A DNA stretch of 64,000 nt, from NCBI GenBank assembly GCA_019057865.1, contig JAHLWP010000008.1, forward strand, positions 1-64,000, in the 5' to 3' direction. How positions within the stretch are numbered: the stretch's first letter is position 1; each line of letters opens with the position of its first letter. Position numbers and translations under genes: made by a program. Source of the DNA: Promethearchaeota archaeon (GTDB taxonomy: Archaea > Asgardarchaeota > Lokiarchaeia > Sigyniarchaeales > SOKP01). The notes beneath the pieces are model-generated. The model was given only the letters and a program-made list of their open reading frames with translations, did not search any database and was not told where the DNA came from. Positions 21,325 through 31,601 of this stretch are shown here, piece by piece.

Positions 21325-21422
21325 AAAATTACATAAGTGTAGTCAAATTCCTATAGAATTAATATTTAAGACTCATTATTCAATTCATTATTCAATATTA
21401 AGAAAAAAAAAATGAGCTAAAT

Positions 21423-22439
21423 ATGTTTGATAAATCAAATTGTGAAAATTGTGAAAATATTGATTGCTTAACCCGTTGTCAGTGGATTGATTTTGAGAGC
21501 GTCGAGGAGGCAAGAGCAGAACAATTGAAAATGATTAATGGAGAAAATTCTCGTGTGTTGAGTGAATGTGTTACATGTTTTGGGTGTGATGAATACTGTC
21601 CATATGGATCTCATCCATTTGATTTAAAGGTAGAACTACAGGAGAAATATAATTCTCACAATATAGCACAAAAATTTATAGAAACGTCAATAAATAGGTA
21701 TAAACCTCACGATGAATTAAGAATAAAACATATAGACTCAGGAAATCCAGTTTTAAATAAATGTGCTTTTGTAAAATCTCACGCTAAACATATAGAAGGA
21801 CAACTTTTTGAGAACTTGCAATACGTTGCTGGTCTTGATTATTTTTGCAATCTCGCATACCACCATATGGATAGAGACTCAGTTATCAGGGAAAGGGTAC
21901 CACTCATAATTGAAAATATTCAAAAACAAAGCATACAAGAGATGATTTGTTTTCATGATGAATGCTATGGATTATACACTTCATATTGTCCACGAAATAA
22001 TATTGAAGTTCCTTTTAAACCTATTCATTTATTCGAATATCTTTACAATTATTTAAAGGAGCACGAGTCAGGTATAGAGCAACTTAATATGAAAATCGCA
22101 TACCAGAGAAACTGTTCTAATCGATTTATTCCTGAAACAGATAAATGGGTTGATAAAATCTGTGAATTAATTGGGGTAGAAAGGGTTGCTAGAGAATATG
22201 ATAGAGAAAATGCCCTTTGCTGTGCAGCACCTTTTGGAATGATAGGGAAAGGGAACTTAGTGAGACCGACACAAAATAAAAACGTTAAAGATATGTTAGA
22301 CCATGGATCAGAAGCTTGTATATTCAATTGCCCGATGTGTTTAGATATATTAGGCGCTAAAACCGAAAGGAAAGGATTAAAAAACTATTTACTAAGTGAC
22401 CTATGCCGCCTTGCCTTAGGAGAAAAATTAGATTACTGA
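21423..22439 (+). CDS. Fe-S oxidoreductase with CCG domains
   Basis: CVTCFGCDEYCP, YQRNC, ALCCAA, NCPMC. Confidence 0.8.
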   Translation: MFDKSNCENCENIDCLTRCQWIDFESVEEARAEQLKMINGENSRVLSECVTCFGCDEYCPYGSHPFDLKVELQEKYNSHNIAQKFIETSINRYKPHDELRIKHIDSGNPVLNKCAFVKSHAKHIEGQLFENLQYVAGLDYFCNLAYHHMDRDSVIRERVPLIIENIQKQSIQEMICFHDECYGLYTSYCPRNNIEVPFKPIHLFEYLYNYLKEHESGIEQLNMKIAYQRNCSNRFIPETDKWVDKICELIGVERVAREYDRENALCCAAPFGMIGKGNLVRPTQNKNVKDMLDHGSEACIFNCPMCLDILGAKTERKGLKNYLLSDLCRLALGEKLDY

Positions 22440-22675
22440 ATAGATTAAAATATTGTATAAAATTTTTCTATAATCTAAAAAATCTATTCTATTTTATTTT
22501 TATCTGGAAATCTTTAACTAGTATTAAAATTAATTATAATATCTAAAAGTAGCAAACAACTTTCATACATTAAATTTAGATTATCGTTAGGTACAACGAT
22601 AAAATAAAATTTATAATTTAGAAAAAATAACTAAACCTAATAGAAATACGAAAAAATTCATAAAGAAGTTTTAAA

Positions 22676-23092
22676 ATGACAGAAGAAGAATTAAGGATTC
22701 AAATTAGTGATAAAGAAGACGACATAACCAGAATAGAAGAAGATGCTGCAAAAAAAGAGGCTGGGGCGGAAAAAGAAATTGAGGCCGATTGGGATGCTGA
22801 TATTAATGATACAAAATCTAAACTGGAAGTTTCAGAAGTTGATTTGAAAGAAGCTAAAGAAAAAGCATCAGAATGGGTTTCTAAAAGAGATAAATTAACA
22901 AATGAGGTAAATTCTTTAAGCACAAAACTTACAAATTTAAAGAAAGGAAAAGCTAAAGCCTTAAAAAAGAAGCTAAATAACATAGATAACGAAAAGAATA
23001 CAAAGATTAAAAAAATCGATAAAGAAATCAGAACCATAAGAAATAAGCTAAAGAAGCTAGAAGCCGAAAAGTTAAAACAACAAGAAGGCTAA
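22676..23092 (+). CDS. Coiled-coil hypothetical protein
   Basis: E/K-rich heptad pattern; acidic N-half and basic C-half. Confidence 0.7.
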   Translation: MTEEELRIQISDKEDDITRIEEDAAKKEAGAEKEIEADWDADINDTKSKLEVSEVDLKEAKEKASEWVSKRDKLTNEVNSLSTKLTNLKKGKAKALKKKLNNIDNEKNTKIKKIDKEIRTIRNKLKKLEAEKLKQQEG

Positions 23093-23168
23093 ATAATCCC
23101 TCATTTAAGCCAATTTTTATTTTTTTAAATTTTTTTCATTTATTTCTTAACCACGGAAATTTTAAAAA

Positions 23169-23723
23169 ATGATAATTCTAACTGGTTTTGAAAGATATGG
23201 TAAATATTCATATAATCTTAGTAGTGAAATTGTAAAGAATTTTAAAGAACAATTAGATGATTATTTAATAAAAAAGGTTATTTTACCAGTATCTTGGGAG
23301 AAAAGCATTAAAATTTATAAAGAGATATTATTAAAAATTAAAAAAAATCCAAAATTAGTAATTCTCTTAGGAATTTATTCGAATAATTCGATATCTATTG
23401 AGAAGATTGCATGGAACTTTGCAATAGGAAATGATATAGAAAATAAAGTTAAATTTGGACTCATTAAATTATATTCAAAACTTTATATTAAAACAGGTTT
23501 AGATTTAAAAAAGATCTATTCTCTTCTCAGAGATAAAATGAAGATTCAAATATCCTACTATCCGGGGTTATATTTGTGTAATTATCTTTATTACTGGGCT
23601 TTATATTTATCAAATAAAAGATATCCAGTTATTTTTATACACATACCTCATAAGGGAAAATCAAATAGATATATTCAGATAATTGAAATAATTATAAAAC
23701 TAATAATTAAATTAAGTAATTAG
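23169..23723 (+). CDS. pcp: Pyroglutamyl-peptidase I family protein
   Basis: ILTGFERYG, LPVSW, E.IA.N, GLYLCNYLYY, FIHIP. Confidence 0.8.
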   Translation: MIILTGFERYGKYSYNLSSEIVKNFKEQLDDYLIKKVILPVSWEKSIKIYKEILLKIKKNPKLVILLGIYSNNSISIEKIAWNFAIGNDIENKVKFGLIKLYSKLYIKTGLDLKKIYSLLRDKMKIQISYYPGLYLCNYLYYWALYLSNKRYPVIFIHIPHKGKSNRYIQIIEIIIKLIIKLSN

Positions 23724-23741
23724 GAAGGAGTTTTTAACCAT

Positions 23742-23885
23742 TTAAAGGTTAAGTGGTAATTTTTGCCCTTTCTCGTTAATAAAATCTCTGTATTTATCTG
23801 GATGGATATGAAGTTCCTCATATAACCAATTTAGAAGTCGCATTTTAGAATTATAAATCTCTACTTCTTCTTCAAATAATTCCAT
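23742..23885 (-). CDS. Small hypothetical protein (47 aa), not in the ORF track
   Basis: Manual translation MELFEEEVEIYNSKMRLLNWLYEELHIHPDKYRDFINEKGQKLPLNL*. It fills an intergenic gap and has protein-like composition. Confidence 0.45.
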   Translation of the reverse strand: MELFEEEVEIYNSKMRLLNWLYEELHIHPDKYRDFINEKGQKLPLNL

Positions 23886-24023
23886 TCTAAAACACTTTTA
23901 ATAATTCTGTTTATCCTAACCCCAATTTATTCAAAAATACATATTTACTGATATAATATTCAGAGGATATCTAATTCAAAAAATGCCGAATATCTTTTTG
24001 AAAATAAAGAAATTTATTGAAAA

Positions 24024-24437
24024 TTAGGATTTCTTATAATTTTTTTCTATTTTTTCAAGATCATATGCAATATTTTCTATAGGACTTCCATTTATCACTT
24101 GATGTAATTTATCAAATAATTCTTTTGGAAACATTTTAAATTGAGCCATTAAATCCTTGTATTCTCTAAACTCATCAGTAACAGTGTATTCACTTGTACT
24201 TCTCTTAGCATCAAATTCTTTCATTACGATCTTCACAAATGAATCAATCATTTCATTGTTGATATCATTTTCGAATTTTTCTACTTCATAATTAATCTCA
24301 TAAATTAAATGGTCATATTTTTTGTTAACTTCTGCGATTTCTTCTTCCTTCTTAATATTTAATTCTTCGATTTTTGGTTGAACTTCTTTCTTTCGTCGTT
24401 CTAACTCTTCAAGTTTAGATTTAAATTTATTAATCAT
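24024..24437 (-). CDS. Coiled-coil hypothetical protein
   Basis: 137-aa E/K-rich helical ORF. Confidence 0.65.
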   Translation of the reverse strand: MINKFKSKLEELERRKKEVQPKIEELNIKKEEEIAEVNKKYDHLIYEINYEVEKFENDINNEMIDSFVKIVMKEFDAKRSTSEYTVTDEFREYKDLMAQFKMFPKELFDKLHQVINGSPIENIAYDLEKIEKNYKKS

Positions 24438-24552
24438 AATACATTTAATAATAGAATTTATTTAAAAACTTAATTCTATATTTATAGTCATATAAAAATA
24501 AAAAACAAAATACAATAACAATACAGATTCTTAATTTGTAATAATTTACAGA

Positions 24553-25848
24553 TTATTTTAGGAAAAATAATACTGTTGGTACTAAATGCCCTTTAAGTGA
24601 TAAATTCTCGTTTTTTGAAAGATTCACTAAATTTGATGCCATTTTATTAATTGTATGTTCAGCGGAATCGAGGTTGAATAACCTTCTAAGTTTAGGATCA
24701 TCTGGATTTGATAATATTAATTTTTGCCACTGTAAACCTAAAGCATTTGCTTGGAGCTGTAATCCTGCTAGTGCCATTCCGGCTTCAACCTCGGCCCAAT
24801 ATTTGGTGTTCATAAATAATTTTCCAATTTTACTATGCGTAAACCCAGAACACGGTTTTTTTCTATCTATACATAATAAAATTATGTAGTTTGAAAAATT
24901 AATACCGAATTCTTTTTCTATTTCAGCTTTGGAATTCTTAGAGGTAAATTTTTGTAGGAAATGATCATAATTTAATCTATCATGTAAACGAATCCATCTA
25001 TTTAGTCCGGAAAATCCAATTGGGTTGTAGAAATAAGCTCCTTTTGGCAGATCGGCGATATTATTCACAATAAGTATTGGATATACAGCATATCCCGCAC
25101 AACCCGTTGCATGGACGCGACCATAACCATTTTTTTCTAAAACATCTCGGTTACCATGAGTCGTATGATCAGTTTCTCCCTGGCAAGCCCAAAGTAATTG
25201 GGAAAGTTCATGGATTGATGATGGTTTGGGCGATTTTTTTTCAATTTGATTGAAAATCGCAGCATCTAATGGAACACCATGGTATCGATTCTCATAAATT
25301 GCTCGATTTTTATAGCAATCTGGAGTATCAAGGAGATAGATTCCCTCCTCAAGCTCTTTCTTAAGGAATTCTGATGGGTCCTCAACTAGAGCCTTACGAT
25401 CTCTATCTCGGACTGCCACCGAATATATAAAAATATAATTTTGTTTTGTGACACTATTAAGAAGTTTATTAATTTTTTTAGGTGCCCTTGCGCGTTGTGA
25501 TACTCCAAGTCCTATACTTCCCACTTTTAATGAAAGATATTGCCAAATAAGTCCTAAACGAATCAATTCCTTTAACTCGATTGATTCTTTCCAAATCAAT
25601 TCTGGGTAGAGCTCCATGCTATATCTTGTTTTTTCTTTATCAGTTATTAGAATAAACTCCTTATTATTATACATATATATACCACCTTTATAATCACTAC
25701 TATCAGGAAGCACAATAAATAGAGACTTTGAGGGCGCTGCTTGGTGTGTCGAGTTACAAATATCTAAAACCTCAGTCATCGGTAAGGGTCGACCTTCACC
25801 TGAACAATCTTTACGACTTGCTAAACATTCTTGCAAACTCATTATCAT
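24553..25848 (-). CDS. Nitroreductase-fold (SagB/ThcOx-like) protein, apparently two domains
   Basis: LSQLLWACQG, R..ATGCA.Y...P, LPKGAYFYNP, AEVEAG....LQLQANALGL. The N-terminal half has a degenerate copy (GLIWQYLSLKVGSIGLG). Confidence 0.6.
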   Translation of the reverse strand: MIMSLQECLASRKDCSGEGRPLPMTEVLDICNSTHQAAPSKSLFIVLPDSSDYKGGIYMYNNKEFILITDKEKTRYSMELYPELIWKESIELKELIRLGLIWQYLSLKVGSIGLGVSQRARAPKKINKLLNSVTKQNYIFIYSVAVRDRDRKALVEDPSEFLKKELEEGIYLLDTPDCYKNRAIYENRYHGVPLDAAIFNQIEKKSPKPSSIHELSQLLWACQGETDHTTHGNRDVLEKNGYGRVHATGCAGYAVYPILIVNNIADLPKGAYFYNPIGFSGLNRWIRLHDRLNYDHFLQKFTSKNSKAEIEKEFGINFSNYIILLCIDRKKPCSGFTHSKIGKLFMNTKYWAEVEAGMALAGLQLQANALGLQWQKLILSNPDDPKLRRLFNLDSAEHTINKMASNLVNLSKNENLSLKGHLVPTVLFFLK

Positions 25849-26102
25849 ATCATTTTTTCATAATTTTATTACATTTTAAATTTATCAATCATAATTTTCA
25901 TTTAAACGATTTGTATTTATATTCTGAAAATATATTTTTTTTCATTCCTAAATAAAAAAACTTAAGGTTTTTTATCAAAAAAGTATTTTTCAAAAAAAAT
26001 TTATGGAAATGAGTTAATACGATCTAAATTATATAAAAAAATAATAAATCTGAAAATAGATTTTCAATATCAAAACGATTAGATTTAATGATATAAATTA
26101 AA

Positions 26103-27011
26103 ATGTCTAAGAAGAGAATAATAATACCAGAGCCAGAAGAAGGATTAAAATTTATTGATGTACATTGTCATTTACCTTTTCCAAGACCTAAGAAGAATGA
26201 CAAATTACCTTCTGATGAGGAACAATATTATAATTATTTTAAGGACGGGGGTGTCTTTTTAATTACAAGTTCTATCGATATGAATACATTGAAAATGATC
26301 TTAAGATTTTTAAAGGACAAGGATAAGATCGGCTTTTCATGTGGTTGGGCACCTCAAACAGTTACGTACACACCAAAAAATAAATATGATCAAGAATGGA
26401 AAGAATGGATAGATTTCATAAAGGAGAATCCAGAGAGATATCTAGCCATAGGAGAAATTGGCTTAGATTTTCACCACGCTCGAACATTGGATAAAAGAAA
26501 TAAACAGGTCGAAGTATTTAAAAAAATTATTGAAATTACCGAGGATCTTCAAAAACCCTATATTTTGCATGTGAGAAATGCTGCTGAACATGAATATGAT
26601 AGAGATAACCCAAAACATCGATATAATAAAAGAGATGGAGTCAATCAGGAAATATTGAAAATATTAAAAATTTATAATATAGATCCAAAAAGAGTTATGT
26701 GGCATTGTTTTTCTGGTCCAGAACAATATGGGATGAATTTATCTAAACAAGGCTTTTTACTTTCTGTTCCTAGTTCTGCATATGGAAATAATAGATGGCG
26801 TAAAGTAACAAGAAATGCTTCCCTGGATTCTTTAGTAACAGAAACAGATAGTTATTATCAACATCCATTCCTTAGAGGACCAGTTAATGTACCATCAAAC
26901 GCGAAATATGCAGTAGCTGCAATTGCATATTTACATAAAGTTTCACAAGAATTAGTCAGTAAAAAGACTATTGAAAATGCTATAAGATTTTTCGGCTTAG
27001 AATTAGAATAG
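26103..27011 (+). CDS. tatD: TatD-family metal-dependent hydrolase
   Basis: DVHCHL, AIGEIGLDF, LHVR, WHCFSG, TETDS. Confidence 0.88.
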   Translation: MSKKRIIIPEPEEGLKFIDVHCHLPFPRPKKNDKLPSDEEQYYNYFKDGGVFLITSSIDMNTLKMILRFLKDKDKIGFSCGWAPQTVTYTPKNKYDQEWKEWIDFIKENPERYLAIGEIGLDFHHARTLDKRNKQVEVFKKIIEITEDLQKPYILHVRNAAEHEYDRDNPKHRYNKRDGVNQEILKILKIYNIDPKRVMWHCFSGPEQYGMNLSKQGFLLSVPSSAYGNNRWRKVTRNASLDSLVTETDSYYQHPFLRGPVNVPSNAKYAVAAIAYLHKVSQELVSKKTIENAIRFFGLELE

Positions 27012-27084
27012 GTTTTTATACAAATTTCGAATTTTTAAAAAAATTTTAATTTAAATTAAAACTTTAACCTTTAACTTAATTGTT

Positions 27085-27618
27085 ATGAAAAAGGTTGATA
27101 ATTTGAAAATATTAATTACATATTTTTCTCAAACTGGTAATACAGAAAAAGTCGCAATGAGTATGAAAGAAACTTTAACAGGTGAAGAAGTAGATCTAAT
27201 CTCTGTTAAAGATATAGATCCATCCAATTTAAGTACCTATGATCTAATCTTTTTAGGCTCAGGAGTTTATGCCAGCCGGGTTCATAATTCAGTTGTAAAT
27301 TTAATTAAAAATACTCCTGAACTGCCCTCTAAATTTGCTTTTTTCTGTACTCATGCAAGTCTAGAATTTTATCAAAAGCCATTTGATAAGATTAACAAGG
27401 TACTTGAAAAGAAAAACTGTACAGTATTAGGAACATTTGATTGTGTAGGAGAAAACCTAGGAATCCCTGAAGAAACTCAAATTGCAATGCTTAATAGATT
27501 ACCAGATGATCAAAGGAAAAAAGCTGAAGAAGACAGGAAAGAGATTAAAGGTCATCCTAATGCGGAAGATTTAGAAAATGCAAAAAGCTTTGCAAAAGCA
27601 ATTCTTAATAAACTTTAA
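27085..27618 (+). CDS. Flavodoxin family protein
   Basis: YFSQTGNTEKVA, FLGSGVY, HPNAEDLENAKSFA. Confidence 0.88.
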   Translation: MKKVDNLKILITYFSQTGNTEKVAMSMKETLTGEEVDLISVKDIDPSNLSTYDLIFLGSGVYASRVHNSVVNLIKNTPELPSKFAFFCTHASLEFYQKPFDKINKVLEKKNCTVLGTFDCVGENLGIPEETQIAMLNRLPDDQRKKAEEDRKEIKGHPNAEDLENAKSFAKAILNKL

Positions 27619-27689
27619 TTTCTCTTATTTAAAAAAAATTCAATAAAAAAAATTTTAATTATTATATTTAGTATATTTCTTATTTTATC

Positions 27690-28535
27690 TTAGAATGTTA
27701 AGATTGAAACCACTGGTAAATGATCAGAACCAAATTCAGCAGGATCATCATCTATATTTGGATTAAAATCTCTAATTACATAACTATCTATTACACTACT
27801 ATAACCTGTAGCAAAAATATAATCTATTGATGTTTCTGGAACGTCATATAGATTATAACTAGGAAAAGTAATTGGATCAGTATCGAATCCATCCATCGTA
27901 TCATTAAAAACTTCTCTAATGGTTTGGATTTCTGCTGTGTTATTGTCTAAATTAAAATCTCCCATCAAAATTTTCGGATTTACTACAGTTGCATTAGTTT
28001 TAGAAAGAACAAAATCGACTTGCGCAGTCAGGTCTTCATCACGTTCAATAAGTCCGAGATGTGTTACAAAGACATCTAAACTTAAAGTAGAATTTATTTT
28101 TATAGTTCCATGAATCAAAACTCTTTGTAAATCAATGCTAGGAATCATATAGCCCTTTTGAAACGTAATTGGATATTTGCTAAGTAGAGCACATCCCAGA
28201 GTATGTTCGTTTTCTGCTGGAAAATAAAAGTAATACATTTTAAGTCTATTTGCCAGCCAAAGAGCCATATCAATTCCTTGAGTAGTTATCCTCCCATTAT
28301 CTACTTCTTGTAAGCCTAATATATCGGGTTTGTCTGTCAAAATATTTTGTGCTATTCGCTCTAAATTTATTTCGTCATCCATTCCCTGTCCAAAATGAAT
28401 ATTATAAGTCATAAATTTAAATTGTGTTTTTGTAGGTGTTTCAATCGGAATTTCACTAATACCATACATTATGAATGCAGATATTAATGGTGAAAAAAAT
28501 AAAATTACTGCTATTATTTTATACTCTTTTTTCAT
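27690..28535 (-). CDS. Membrane-anchored endonuclease/exonuclease/phosphatase-fold protein (CWH43/PGAP2IP C-terminal-like)
   Basis: N-terminal TM; TYNIH, GLQEVD, HTLGCALLSKYPI, MGDFN, IDYIF, SDHLPV. Confidence 0.8.
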   Translation of the reverse strand: MKKEYKIIAVILFFSPLISAFIMYGISEIPIETPTKTQFKFMTYNIHFGQGMDDEINLERIAQNILTDKPDILGLQEVDNGRITTQGIDMALWLANRLKMYYFYFPAENEHTLGCALLSKYPITFQKGYMIPSIDLQRVLIHGTIKINSTLSLDVFVTHLGLIERDEDLTAQVDFVLSKTNATVVNPKILMGDFNLDNNTAEIQTIREVFNDTMDGFDTDPITFPSYNLYDVPETSIDYIFATGYSSVIDSYVIRDFNPNIDDDPAEFGSDHLPVVSILTF

Positions 28536-29809
28536 CGTTTGAGCTCCTCCTGATTTGATTTAAATATAATTGCACAAAAAGTAGAGATAGAAAATATAAT
28601 TCCTGCTATAAGCATTATAATAGGTCCTAATCCTTTAAGAAATTCACCAATAGTAGCCCATTCAGTTGTAAAGATATGAAGAACACTGAATAAAACCATA
28701 AAAAGAAGACCAATGGTAAAGCCATTAGATATTGTTTTTACTTTCTCCCATTTAAAGTTAATTTTAGCCATTCGAGAAAATAATAGATACAAATTTATAT
28801 ACATGACTATTAATGAAATTGAGATAAAGATACTTGCCACATAGGTTAAATCCTTTGGAAAAAAGAAAAATATTATCAAGGATATTATTAAGAATATATT
28901 TAAAACTGCTATAATTTTAAAATTTGAAAGAAAGTCTGATTTTACAAAAAGGATTATGCAGATTGATCCCATTAGCGAAATTATATTCAAAATATTATTG
29001 AAATAGTAGTTTGTTGCTGTAAATTGAGCAATTGCATTTGGATATATAAATAGATTAAATTGAAGAAAAAGAAATAATCCAATTCCTACAAAAATTAATG
29101 AATATTTTGTGCTATAAATTCCATTATTTTGTAGTTTTTCAGGTTTAATCTCATTAGAAAATCTCACAAAGTGTTTTTTTGTTAAATAAATACATAAAAC
29201 ACTTAAAGGAACTTGAATGAACAACCAAAAGTATTGGGTTATCATCCAATCAATTATCAATCCCGGAGTTACCAATGATAAATCTAAAGTTAACCCTATA
29301 GTTCTAATAAAATAATCAATTAAAATAGCAATAAAGATTGATAGGACAAAAAAAACAATTTTATGGTTTGTATCAATATCGTCAGTTTCTTTAATCCATA
29401 AAGTAAGGAATGTACTCATAAAAAAACCATAAAAAGTTACAATCAATCCAGCAAATATAGTTTCTAATTTAGAATGCAAATGAAAAACCATCAAAAATCT
29501 AACTATAGCAATAATATATATAGATAAAATCATTAAACGATTTAATCCGATTTTTTTGCAAATAGTATTTGTTAAAGCAGGTAGAAAGAAAAATACGAAG
29601 GCTAGTAATATTATTGTATTAATTAGAACATCTTCACCAAATACAACGTGGGTTAACGATACATAAATTGCCGGTATAAATGCACGCAATGCTTGAATGA
29701 AAAACAAATTAATATATATCGTAATAAATCCAAGACATACAAAAGTTTTAGTAGATAACTTATTTTCTATTTCTATTAATGAGAAATCAGATTTTACTTT
29801 TGATGTCAT
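28532..29809 (-). CDS. Polytopic membrane protein (about 11-12 TM), translationally coupled to the EEP-domain gene
   Basis: Highly hydrophobic; 4-nt ATGA overlap with the downstream gene. Confidence 0.75.
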   Translation of the reverse strand: MTSKVKSDFSLIEIENKLSTKTFVCLGFITIYINLFFIQALRAFIPAIYVSLTHVVFGEDVLINTIILLAFVFFFLPALTNTICKKIGLNRLMILSIYIIAIVRFLMVFHLHSKLETIFAGLIVTFYGFFMSTFLTLWIKETDDIDTNHKIVFFVLSIFIAILIDYFIRTIGLTLDLSLVTPGLIIDWMITQYFWLFIQVPLSVLCIYLTKKHFVRFSNEIKPEKLQNNGIYSTKYSLIFVGIGLFLFLQFNLFIYPNAIAQFTATNYYFNNILNIISLMGSICIILFVKSDFLSNFKIIAVLNIFLIISLIIFFFFPKDLTYVASIFISISLIVMYINLYLLFSRMAKINFKWEKVKTISNGFTIGLLFMVLFSVLHIFTTEWATIGEFLKGLGPIIMLIAGIIFSISTFCAIIFKSNQEELKR

Positions 29810-30125
29810 TCTTCTCAGATTTTTTTTAATAATTCATTATTGAATTAAAAAATAGTTAATTATTTTATAAGTCTATATTCTTTTAATAAATATCGCTTAT
29901 TTGAAGGCGAAATATTTGAAGTAAGTTTTCGTTTATTGGAAAAAGTATAGGCTTTTAGATTATTAAAATTCTATTTCTTTTATTAATAAAATGTCCTTAC
30001 TAGGGGGCTAGAATTTTCATTCTTTTGATATTTTACACTAAAGTTCGAAAATTATTTAATCTCAATCATCTAATACATTTAATATTAAATACTGAAATTA
30101 TTAATTTTTTGTTAGTGATTAAAAA

Positions 30126-31601
30126 ATGAATAATAGTAAAGTAGTTTCAGAATTAGAGCAAATTGTAGGAGATAGATATGTATCCGATGAGCCAGAAATA
30201 CAATTCTTATATCATTATGATTTTATAACAGCAGAGCCAGAAGGCAAATGTGATATTGCTATTATGCCTGAATCTGCTGAGGAAGTCCAAGAAATAGTTA
30301 AAATTGCTAATAAATATAAAATTCCAGTTGTTCCCTGGGTTTCAGGAATAAACTTTGGTTCGATTGCTACACCCCGAAAAGGAGGAATTGTTGTAGATTT
30401 ACGGCGCATGAATCGAGTGCTTGAAGTAAATGAAGATGATATGTATGCTGTGGTAGAGGGTGGAATAACTTGGGCAGATTTAAAAGGATATCTCGATAAA
30501 CATCATCCGAATTTTAGGGCAGGTATCACTTATTCTCCTCCAGGTACAGGTGTTATTCCCTCATGCTTATGTTATGGAATGTTTGATCTTGGAATGATCG
30601 GTGGAACTGGGGCAGAATTCATTAATGGATTGGAGGTTGTATTACCTACAGGAGAATTAATAAGGACTGGTTCATGTAGCCTCTCTAAATATTGGTTTGG
30701 AAGACAACCATTACCAGATATCTCTGGTTTATTTATAGGTTGGGAAGGTACTACAGGGATAGTTACAAAAGCAGCGATAAAATTATGGCCAAAACTTCCA
30801 TATCGAACAGATTTTTTACCTATTGCTTCAAGAATGGAAGTTGGTGCTCCCATGATGGTAAAATTATCAAAAGCTGGATTGGGAATTGTGGATCTGTGTA
30901 TGATTAATATGGGATGGACTCAATCACTTCAATGCTTTAATCAAAAAAGTGTAGCAAAAGACCCAGTGGCTCTTGGTATTCCTGATTTCGTAGCTTTAAT
31001 TACAACACAGGCTTATACTGAAGAACAACATAAAGCTCAATGTGAAGCTATTAAATCAATCTGTAAGGAACATAAAATCGAACCTTTTACAGCGGAAGTA
31101 CAAATAAGAAACTTTCCAAAAAATATGTGGGGTCTTATTCCTCATATTTTTCCATCTACAGGAGGACAATTACCTATGCATTTTTGGACTTGCTGGGATT
31201 TTTCAAGAGGAGGAGGAGGAGAATGGATTGGATGTTATGTTTCAATCCGTAATATTGTGAAATATTATAATTTGGCAAGAGAGATATGTCTTAAGTATGA
31301 TAAAACTCCTCAATTCTATAGTAGAATTATGTTTGGAGGGCATTATTGTGTAGCTCGTATAAATGTGAATTTTGATAAAAATGACCCTGAAGATATTAAA
31401 AAGACCAGACAAATTTTAAAAGAAATTCATGATGCTGTTCAACAGTTAGATGGCGTAATTATGTATAAACCTCCAAAATGGGTTGTTCAGTATTATAAAG
31501 ACAAGACACTTCCAGCTACAAATAAACTAGTTGAAAATGTAAAAAAGTTTCTCGATCCAAATAATATTATGAATCCAGGACAAGGTATTGGAGAGGATTG
31601 A
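30126..31601 (+). CDS. FAD-binding oxidoreductase (GlcD / D-lactate dehydrogenase-like)
   Basis: P.SAEEVQEIV, VDLRRMN, GLEVVLPTGELIRTG, FIGWEGTTGIVTKA, DPNNIMNPG. Confidence 0.88.
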   Translation: MNNSKVVSELEQIVGDRYVSDEPEIQFLYHYDFITAEPEGKCDIAIMPESAEEVQEIVKIANKYKIPVVPWVSGINFGSIATPRKGGIVVDLRRMNRVLEVNEDDMYAVVEGGITWADLKGYLDKHHPNFRAGITYSPPGTGVIPSCLCYGMFDLGMIGGTGAEFINGLEVVLPTGELIRTGSCSLSKYWFGRQPLPDISGLFIGWEGTTGIVTKAAIKLWPKLPYRTDFLPIASRMEVGAPMMVKLSKAGLGIVDLCMINMGWTQSLQCFNQKSVAKDPVALGIPDFVALITTQAYTEEQHKAQCEAIKSICKEHKIEPFTAEVQIRNFPKNMWGLIPHIFPSTGGQLPMHFWTCWDFSRGGGGEWIGCYVSIRNIVKYYNLAREICLKYDKTPQFYSRIMFGGHYCVARINVNFDKNDPEDIKKTRQILKEIHDAVQQLDGVIMYKPPKWVVQYYKDKTLPATNKLVENVKKFLDPNNIMNPGQGIGED

